DNA of 64,000 nt from Thalia democratica (Eukaryota): assembly GCA_965202585.1 (NCBI GenBank), contig OZ241827.1, positions 70,680,001 to 70,744,000 of the forward strand. The letters run 5' to 3'. The translations under genes and the position numbers were made by a program. This document shows positions 24,445 through 34,800 of this stretch, in pieces. Every line of letters begins with the position of its first letter. Position 1 is the stretch's first letter. The notes beneath the pieces are model-generated. The model was not told the DNA's origin and made no database searches. It was given only the letters and a program-made list of their open reading frames with translations.

Positions 24445-24585
24445 CTAATATTTCACATCTTTCGGCAAATATGGCGGATAAGGCGGAGGTGTACGAGGTT
24501 TTTGAGGCGAACCTGGCAGAGAAGGCCGATCTGGAGGCTTGCAGCTACACTCTGTTTTATCCGGTTCGCCCGTGTATTCGGTCAT
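24445..24585 (-). CDS. Pro-rich microprotein A4, 46 aa: MTEYTGEPDKTECSCKPPDRPSLPGSPQKPRTPPPYPPYLPKDVKY
   Basis: GC-rich island absent from the ORF track; candidate acceptor TTACAAG 18 nt upstream; 5' leader AACACTAAT similar to A3 AACACTGAT; same downstream element and promoter as the other A genes. Confidence 0.72.
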   Translation of the reverse strand: MTEYTGEPDKTECSCKPPDRPSLPGSPQKPRTPPPYPPYLPKDVKY

Positions 24586-25303
24586 CTTGGATTAGTGTTG
24601 AAACTTGTAAATGTTTTTATAAATATCTATGGTGACTTTGTTTTCAAATGTAATCCTTTAAGATGAAGTTTATAATAATACACAAATTTTTATGAGCTGT
24701 TTAAGCTTAACAGTTCATAACTATACTGAAATCAAAACAAAAATGTTTAAAACATATTACTTATAAATTTTAAACTTTGTTTAAAAAAGTTATTTTCAAA
24801 AATAAAAGCTCTAACTTAACGATTAAATTGTTGTTTGAATATCTAAAGGCTCCAGAATATTTTTTTTAATTATCTTTATACAAGACAGTAGAGAAATTCT
24901 AAAATAGTTTTAGTAACTTTAGTAGTTTTAAAAAGCAGAGAATTTTTATTTATTAATAAATATTAAAAATTAAATAAACAAAATTAAACCGTTTCACTAA
25001 ATATTTGTTGTAAAAACAAAAATTATACAAAACTAAAATACACAAAAAAATTGATAATTATATTATGTATTTTTCCCTAATAGAATCAATAGTTTATTAA
25101 TTATTGAATACCATTAAATAGTTTTAATTTGTACATTAAAAAAAATCTTTTTTATTTCTACTTATTCTGAAACATTTTTTTAACTTTATTTTAACGTAAG
25201 TGCTTTTAAAAATAAATACATACTTTTTAAATTCCTAGAAACAGACTTTAGTTGTATAGGCAAATTAACAACTCATTATAATAACATTGTGTCATTTATT
25301 CTT

Positions 25304-25537
25304 TATTTATACTCAAGTATGCATGTGATATCATCTGCTTTATTCTATTTATATTAATAAAAATTTAAACAATGTTTAATCTTAAAATAAATTTTATAGT
25401 CAAATGACAACAGTAATACTTTTGATCGAAATTAAAAACATTTCAGTCTGTATTTATACTTAAAAAACATGTGATATCATCTGACTTAATCTAGTTATAA
25501 ACAATTAAAAAAAGGTATGAATATATTCAAACAGATG
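25304..25537 (-). promoter_or_regulatory. Core promoter of A4 with a duplicated E-box/TATA unit
   Basis: Minus strand CACATG-TTTTTTAAG-TATAAATA-CAGACTG (E-box at 25468) closely matches A2 CACATG-CTTTTTTTCAG-TATAAATA-CAGGCTG. Second copy at 25322; CAGATG at 25532 is 64 bp from 25468. Confidence 0.6.
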
Positions 25538-25807
25538 CATGATCTTTATATAAACTTTTTAATTAAAACTACAATCTACATTAGTAAAGTTAAACAAATA
25601 AACTAAAGCGCCATATTTATAACACAAGTTTATTCTAAACTTATGTAGTTTTATAGTTTTTAATCTTAAAAAAGGTAGCAAAGAAAAATTGTTGAAGCTT
25701 CTACACTGTTTTTTTTAATTGATGTTTATAAAAAAGTTTATAAATATGTTTTAGCGAAATTTTAAAATAAAGACTTTTTTCACTTCAATACATTACAAAT
25801 ACGATTT

Positions 25808-25830
25808 CAAATGTTGTACACTTATATATA
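25808..25830 (+). promoter_or_regulatory. Putative core promoter of B2: E-box-N9-TATA
   Basis: CAAATG TTGTACACT TATATATA, about 730 bp upstream of the B2 ATG. Confidence 0.35.
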
Positions 25831-26556
25831 TTCCTACTCACAAACAACTGTCTTAGCTTTGTTTTTTTTTATGTCAAAAATTTTCTTTGATCATATTACA
25901 ATTGTATTAATCTAATTCGATTGTTTGTTTTAACTTAACCTGTAAATATCGTATATTTTAAATTTTCATCAAAAACATAAAAAGTAATAAACTACTTTAG
26001 GTTCACTTAAAAAAAATAGTTTGTAATAAGTTTAAATCATTATTTACAAACAGCTAAAAACTACAATTTAAATGCAGCTCGAAATATAGCTCGGAACAAT
26101 ACGATGAAATTTTTTAAGTTAACCTGAAAAACCTTAAATGACTTTTAACCTCAGTAAGTAAAGTTGAAATACTAAATGTTGAAAAAACATTTTTTATTCG
26201 GCTCGAATGAGATAGTTCAGCCTTAATTTAACAAACACCGTCTTATAAGGAAAATCTTATGGCGATTCTTCGGTTTTAGGAGAAAGATGTGTTGACTCTA
26301 GTATTTTTTCTACTCATGTTTATAGATAATTACGTTGACTTAAGTTAGTTAAACAAAAACATATCTATCAAGTTACTAACAACTTACTATGTTAATATGA
26401 AGTGAAACTTGTTCACTTAGAAATGTTATTATGATTTGAAATTTTTTGTACACTTACTAAAACTGTTTACAGTTTTTTTACAGCTTTAATACTATCACAG
26501 CAAAGTTAAAATAGATACATAAAATGAGTTTTTGTTACTCTGATACAAATATAAAA

Positions 26557-26722
26557 ATGGTAAATTGTGCAAGTAAATGCGGTAGGTCTTTTTATGGGTA
26601 TCCTTTCGCTGCAACTAGGATACCCAAAAAAAAAGACCGACCAAAGTAAATATTTACTCAGCGCTGATGTAGATTACCACATAGTTATAAACGAAACCGG
26701 TCAAATAAGTAGCAAAAATTAA
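26557..26722 (+). pseudogene. Microgene B2, frameshifted by a 73-bp insertion. Reconstructed: MVNCASKYLLSADVDYHIVINETGQISSKN; as it stands it ends at 26649 (MVNCASKCGRSFYGYPFAATRIPKKKDRPK)
   Basis: Removing the insert plus one copy of its 8-bp direct repeat restores a 30-aa ORF that aligns with B1 from start to stop. Confidence 0.6.
26579..26643. mobile_element. 65-bp foldback insertion with 8-bp TSD
   Basis: Direct repeat AAGTAAAT at 26571-26578 and 26644-26651; arms GGTAGGTCTTTTTATGGGTATCCT / AGGATACCCAAAAAAAAAGACCGACC. Confidence 0.7.
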
Positions 26723-28866
26723 TCATCATTTATTTGTGACGTCATATTCAAACAACTATTATCTAATTGTGACATTGAATACAAAAAAACATTAAGAGTT
26801 TACATTTCAATAATTACCATCAACTTTGTGATTTCAGGTTTTTGCAATTCTACATATTGTATATAGGCTATTAATTTTATTTTCTTTGTTTCACTAGGTA
26901 TAAAACTAACTATTTACTGACTGAATTTTTTAAGTTAAACGAAGAGTTTTTATTTAGTAATCCTAAATAAAAAACATTTTACAAAATGCTGATCAATTTT
27001 TCGTAAAAATACGTTTTTGTGCATTAAAAAGTTTTGAAACTAACAAATTTATTCTAAACAGCTAGTTATTTGTTATTTATGTTAACTAAAAAGTGTTAAG
27101 CAAGATTTTGAGTAATGGATTTTGTGTAAATGAATATATATTTACTTAATTTGGACTTTTTTTTCAAGACTGAAAAAAGTATTTTGTATTTAAAATGAAC
27201 AGCTTATCTATGAAGTTTTGTAAAATGTGTCTATTAAAAACTTTGTACACAAGTAGACCAGAAATAATACCAAATTTGTAATAGCTAAAGTACTTGTTGT
27301 TATTAGAAAAAAAGTATAAAACTTATATATATATTGAACTAAACCAACTAAGGTTAGTATAGACAGATAAATTTTTAATTAATTTGGTGTTTTTATATTC
27401 ACAAAACTAAATGCTAGCTTTCAAAAATATTAAAATATTTTATCTTATGCATTTTTCAAAATACTTTTTGTATGATATAAATTATAAAAAGTATTTGTAA
27501 AAGAAAAGCTTTTTTTATTTTAATTTAATGCAAAATGGTTTTATTTATACTAAACTGAACGAATGCATACTAGATCTATAAATATAATTTTGATTTATAT
27601 TTTACTATTCAATAATAACTTGTGAAATAATAACTTTACAACTAAAATTATTTTACATATAAATTGAAAAGAATATTTAAAAAAAATATTTACAAAAAAA
27701 ACTAATTATATTCAGTCAGCAGCTCAAGTTACAATAGATTTAAAACCATAAATTACAAAATCTCCTTAATTATTGAACTTATAATTTAATTTTACAACAT
27801 ATAAATCGAATCTAAACAAAGATATCATTAAACTAGTTGAACATTAACCATATTTATTAAAAAGTCAGCAACAATTTTATAGTTTATTAATGTCTATAAG
27901 TCATAAAAGTCATATTTTTTGATATTTCGAGAAAACAGTGTTAAGTAAACAAAGTAATTAAGTCTTCATACCAGAGAGATAAAAAGCAAATAGAACTTTT
28001 TATTTGATCTTAAAAAATCATTTTATTTCAAGTGTAAAGCAAACAAGTTAATATCAAACAAAAAAGACCATTAAGGTAGCTAAAAAATTGATAACACATA
28101 AAAAATTATAATTTTAAAGTCAAACAGCTAAATAAACATTAAAACAGTTTATTTGATGAAAAATAGGCAGTGATAACAACATATTTGTAAGATTTACAGT
28201 GTGATTAAATTCAATCTTGTAATAGTTTCATGATAAAAAATCTTACAGTGTAATAAATATTATATTACAAAGTAGTATGTAGTAACTCTATTGAAACATT
28301 TTAAATTACTTTATAACTATCTTTTTTGTAAAAGAATGTAAATTAAAGTAACAAATTCTAAGATTATTTTTAAAGAAATGTAATACTCAAATCGAGATAA
28401 AAAAATGAAAACTCATTAAGTAGGAAAGACATAATTGAAAGAAAAATAATCGATTTTTAAGTTTAGAAAAGCTATTGCTATTTGGTAATAAAAATTTGCA
28501 TAATTTTTTTTTAAAGAACTTTTAGAGTTGGCAGAAAAGTTAAAAACTAAAAAAAATTGTCACCTTTTTAAGAATTTTAAAATAAGCTAAAAATCTTTAA
28601 AAAAAAGTACTGCTAAGTAACCATACAGTATTACCTAAATGACATGATAAAAAATGAAGATCTGAAACAAATTTAACAACTAATCTTTAAAAATAATTAA
28701 TTAGAAACTTCCTGAAATGTTAAGATTGGTATATAATTGTGGCATATGATTAAAACAGCCAAAAAAAAAACTTTTAACATTTAAGTACATTTTCAAATTT
28801 TTTATATTAAAAATAATTATTGGCAATTTTACGATTATTGATGGCAGATTTCTTGGCAATGGATAA

Positions 28867-31800
28867 TCATTTTGATGTTTTGTTGAAGAACTTGTGATTT
28901 AGTAATTCAGATGCTGTTGGTCTTTTTCTCCTTTTACTGAAATAAAGTTATTGCGATAAAAACTTAATACATTTTTAAAATTAAACAGGTCTAAACTTAA
29001 AAAATAAACGTTGTAGAAATTTTTAATTGCTTAAATGTTCAAAAAGATAGAAAATATTGTTTCCATTTAGATGTTATGTGATGGTAACTAAAATTTATTT
29101 CATTTAAAAGTAGTAGAACTGGGTACACAACAATATATATTCTATAAGTTTTGAGTTACTGTCAATTGTTTATTACAATATAAATCAAAAAAATATATGT
29201 AATATTCTAATATTATTAAGTATACCTGTACAAGCTTCTTTTTTGTTAAGCTATAGTAAAACACGTGTAATAGCTTAAAAAATATAGTAATTTCTAGTAA
29301 TTATGGACTTTTTTTCAAATTTTTCTATAGTTTTGATCTTATCAATTAGCCTTACATGAGCTTTTTATGTTCAAACTAAGACTATTTATTCGATGTTGCT
29401 CTTTAAAGATTTTTATAACAATTTAAATCGTCGCAATTTGAAAAGGCATGTAGCCAGTAGAACTACACACAAATATATTATGTAATACACTAATCTTGGT
29501 TAAAATTAAGAACTAATATATAATTGACTGATTGGTTTAGCGCATAACTTTCACAGGTTTTTAATGTCCCTAACATAGTTTAAAGCTTGTTTTGGTAAAA
29601 TATTCAATAGAATTATAAATAAGGGGAAAAAAAAATTCTAAAATATTGAAAAAACAACACATTGTATAATACAGGGTTGCTAAGGGTATTTGAAAAATCC
29701 AGATTTTGAAAATACTAGTTTTTGTCCATTTTTAGTATAAATTTAAATCTAAGGTAACAACTTGTCTTAAAATAGCATAAAAATTTTGAAAAGATACTGT
29801 AATGCTTCTTTTAATATGGTTTATGATAGAAAAATAATTTTAAAAAAACATTATATGTGATAGACTTTTAGCATTTAAGAAAACTTTAAATATTTTACAT
29901 GAAAAAACTGTTTAAAACTCAAGGTTTTTCCAGATTTTAAGTGATTTTAGCTCAAATATACAAGTTTTTCCTTTTTTTTTTTTGAACATTTTCCAAACTC
30001 AAGGTTTTTCAGGTTATTTTTGCCTTAAATTTTTAATTCCAAGCTTTTCAAGGATTCCAGGTTTTTTGACAATCCTGTGTATAAGCAATACATTGTCTTG
30101 TACAAGACCTTAAACTGTATTCAAGTGGTGTACGACTCACGATAACCGAAAAGTTTTTTTGAGCATCAGAACCCTAGAAACTAGGACCAAGTATTTAAAG
30201 CGTTTAATTTTGTCGTTCTATATAACTTACCCACTGATAAACTAACAAATAAAACTTCTTCACTAAATACTCGGTTAAAAGAATTATACTATTTAGTGTT
30301 CTAAAACAAATTCTATTTTTGCAATGAATTAATTTGCTCAAGTTATGTAAAAGCTTGAAGAATGTACAAGTTTAGTGAAATAGGAACTAATAAAAAGTGG
30401 AGGTGCCGGGCATCGATCCCGGTGCCTCGCGCATGCTGGGCGCGCGCTCTGCCATCTGAGCTACACCCCCACACGTTTAAATTGATATTGTGATGTATAA
30501 GTAGTCGTTATAACATTGAGGTGAGGGAATGATTTTGGTGTATGGTCAAGTTTAATTTTCCAGAAGCAAGTGATTGGATAAGTTAACATTAAACTTGTTT
30601 TTTACAATTGAAGAAATTAACTGCTTTATTATGTACCTATGGTGTTAGTACTGTTATCAGAAAGTTGTTTTTATGAAAACTGAAAAATTGATAGATAAAA
30701 CTTGCATTTTCTGCATACTTTGTTTTACTTGAAGCAAGTATTACAAGTCAAAAAGAATTAGAAAATTAATACTACTAAACGTTAAATATAGTTTTACAAA
30801 AACAGTTATTCATAATCTAATAGTATTGAAGTCTTAAACACATAACAACCAATGTTACAGTTTGATCGAAGCAATAGGTTTGTAACTCAGTTGTTAATTT
30901 TTTGTTGAGAATAATTAAAAATACAGATAAAAACTATTTTACTAGCCATAATTAAAAGGAACAACTGCACAATCGAACAACAAGTTTACCTACATTGAAC
31001 AGATTATCAAAAATACAGGTATAAATATAACATATACTAAAAAACTATATGAAGTATAGTGATCTACATACATTTATTTAACAATTGTCAATTTAAGCTA
31101 ACGCCGTTTCACCTAGGAGGTTCTTCAAAGCTTTTTTAAATTGACAAAAAAATAAAATGAACCACACAAATATATAGGTAAAAATACTAACAATTAACAA
31201 CTAACAATTGCAAACACATGTCGACCAATTCAATCGCTTCATCCGAGAAAGTACCGGGCAACTTGGGCATCGGTTGTTTGTTTCCAATGTGAAACATGGC
31301 GCTGATTGGTTTTTTTTCGCTCAGAGGGGGTTTCCCTGTTGCCATCTCGAATATCGTGCACCCAACTGACCTGCAGAGTTGAGCGAATTAAAAAAGTGTA
31401 TATTTCGTATAACATTATTATATTAAGTTAGTTTTGAATAAGAGTACAGCTTTACAAGTGCTAGATAGACAAATAACTAGCTAAACTATTGTTAGAACAA
31501 AAACTGGATACTTTTATTCTAGCTTAATATTTGTTTATTATTATGAATATTGCTGTTCGCTTACGAGGTTTAACCTTTTATAGCTGATCATGCACAAATA
31601 TTTTAATATATTTTCAGGTGTAAACTTCAACAACTTTTATATTAATTAAACCAATGCGTGCAGGCTTTTCTTGAGATTGGTTTATGTTTTAATACTCAGA
31701 AAATACATTTTTCGTTGTAAGTAATTTAAATTTTATTTGGAAAACTAACTTTCTCAAACACCTTGAATTCGCATTCAATATCAAGAAACACATACTTACC

Positions 31801-34800
31801 AGTACTTTATTAATCAAACAAAACAAACAAATCTTAACGGATTTCTTCAGCTTTGCAAACAGTACAACTTTATAAAGTTTAGTTCGGTTTTGTGTAAACA
31901 AAAGATAATGTTCGTGACACCAACTTTATAATAAAATCAATAAACTTATCTATACAAACAAAAATGAAAATAAATTATTGTATCTATACAAACGGGTAGC
32001 TGTCAGAATTGCACGAGGGGAAAAAATTGCGCGAAGATACTTTTGAACGAGGGGATAAAACTACAAGAAGATAAAGTTGCACGAAGACGCTTTTACACGA
32101 GCAGGAAATTTTTGACAATTTAAATTATGGAAACAATATAAAATTTTATCAAAACAAAGTTTAATACCAGTTATAGTTTTTAAACAATCCGTTTTTAACT
32201 TTGCATAACTGACTTTGTTAAGTATTTTAAAGTTAATATGCACTCTTTATATGCTAAAAAAGTTGGATTTTATACAAATTTTAGGTAGGAATTATTTTTT
32301 TTTAAATACTATATACATCTTTAGATTAATTCAGCTTAACCACATTTAGTGTCAATTATATTTTAATACTTTTTCAATGTTTTTCTATGTATGTTAAGTA
32401 ATGTGAACATCGTATTACGCTATTAATGTTATTATACGAAAGTTACACATTCTATATGAGGATGTAAAATTTTTACTTTTATTTTGATAATTTGAAGTGA
32501 AATTTATATTAGTTATAATAGCACAACTAAAACTTTTAAATTATTTATTGTCGTAATTCTTTTGTTAATCTTATTACCTATTGGATAAACATGTTCTTTG
32601 AAAAGTTAATTTAACTACACTAATTACTATGATTTTAATCAATAAATCATTCTTTTAAAGTCTGAGTTTTGCTGAGCTAAAAAACCCAAATTAGCAAATA
32701 ACTTGTTAAAGAAAAGATTTTCATAAAATTTCAAAATATTTTAACTCAAGTATTCTGAGCATTTGTGAAATATCTTATTCAATAATTTTACTGAAATCTT
32801 TCACCATCATAATCTTATTAATTCAACCTTCTGGTAAATTTTTAAGTACATTACATGATAACTAGTTTAAAATAGTTTCTAAGCTGTGACAAGGAAAAAT
32901 TCTAACTGTCACTATCTAAATTTTCACGTAACCAAAATATATTTCAAATAAACTAATACCAAAAAAACAAACCAAATATCAGCTTTAGGTATCAGCTATA
33001 GGTTAATGCTTGATGTAACATCAAACTAAAATAACGTATATCTAAGGTAAAAATTAAAAAAACATTCAAGTCTACAAGCAAATGTAGAACAGAACACATT
33101 CTAATATTAATTTGCTTATAACAACTGAAAACTCACCAAATATCAGCTTTGGGTCCATGCTTGCTGTCTTTAATAACTTCAGGTGCCATCCAGTAAGGAG
33201 TTCCTATTGAAGCCAAACCGCTCACAACAAATGGCGATTCTTTGAGAAGGTCTCCCCTAATCGTACTGTACGAGTTGTTTGCGTTTGTTTGTATGAGCTT
33301 GGCGCATCCGAAATCAATCAGCTTCACTGTGCCGTCGGGTAGTAGCATCACGTTGTTGCTTTTGATGTCTCTGCAAGTAAAACTGGTGTTGATATTAATT
33401 TAAGCAATGTTTTTGGATGAGTGTAGAATTATGTGTGGATTGCAATTTTGAAAGTAAATTACATTCCGTCTAGAAGGAGCATCACACTGTTGTTTTTGAT
33501 GTCTCTGTAAATGAAAAATGTGTATTGCAGACTTAGGTTTAATTTAGATAAAGCTCGCAGTAATGGTATGTTTATCAATCAAACATCTGGTAACATTGTA
33601 TTTCTAGCATTATACATGGTTTCCACTCTTTGAGACAAAAACTATCCAGAGTCACCATTAACTGTCCCGTGTGATCTTTACATGTCCTGAGCCATCCTGA
33701 GTTTTAAGAACCAATAAGATAAATTTTCAGATTTATTAGAAAAACTGCAACATTATCTCTGTTTGCAGTCAAGAGTTAGCTGTAAGACTAAAAAACATAA
33801 ATAATCATTCAAAATCCAAAAAAAAATACTCCAATTTTGCTTTTAAACAGATTTTATTTTCATTTTTCAAATTCAAAAAATTATACAGCACATACAACAA
33901 ACTTGTTGTAAACCTAGCCTACCATCTAGAAAAAGTTGCTCAACCCTAATCTAACTTTTAAAGGCTAGATTATGTTGGCTAATAAGTATGGTGTAGTCCT
34001 CTTAAAAAGCTTCAGTTAAAACTAATTATTTTATTGTATTAAATATACTTTACTTCTGTTTATGTACGAAAAAGTATACATTTATATTCAGTTTATATTT
34101 TAAGCTTCAGGGGTAGAATAATTTACTATACTAGAGTTTTTAAAGGTTTGTTGATTAGATTGAGATAAGGAGTTAAAAACTATAATTAAAATGAATATTT
34201 TTAAGTATGACAGTGTGGAAAAAATGTTTCTACAAATACTTAAAACAAGCTGTACAGAGTGGTTGTATTTAATTTTGCACTAATCTCAAATACTTTTACA
34301 TTTAACTAATATTTTATATTTTAATTTTTTTCACATAAATTTTATAAAATAAAAGACTAAATTTTATTATCTTTACGACTGACAATATCAAGCTTTTTTT
34401 TATCTCGTGTGCTAACTGAATAGTCTTTATACTATGCAAACAATCAAGTCTTTACATGTTTATTATTTGATTTATTTATTGATTTATTACATTAGTTTAT
34501 CACCACAAATATTACTTGAACAATATGTATTTTATCTGACGTGCTAATGACTTTGATAGTATTTACAACTTATCATTTTATGTAAATAATCAAGTCTTCA
34601 CTTGTTTACTATTTGATTAAATGTTACACTTTATTTGTTAACCACTTGATATTAAGTAACTTTGTTCTATTTATTTGTTTACATAAAGTCAAACGTACAG
34701 TAATATATTTGCAATTTATTTTTAAGTTTAAAAGAAAAAGTATTATTTTATAATCTTATAGATTTATTCGGAAAACTAGAAGCTAAAGTTAATAAAACAG

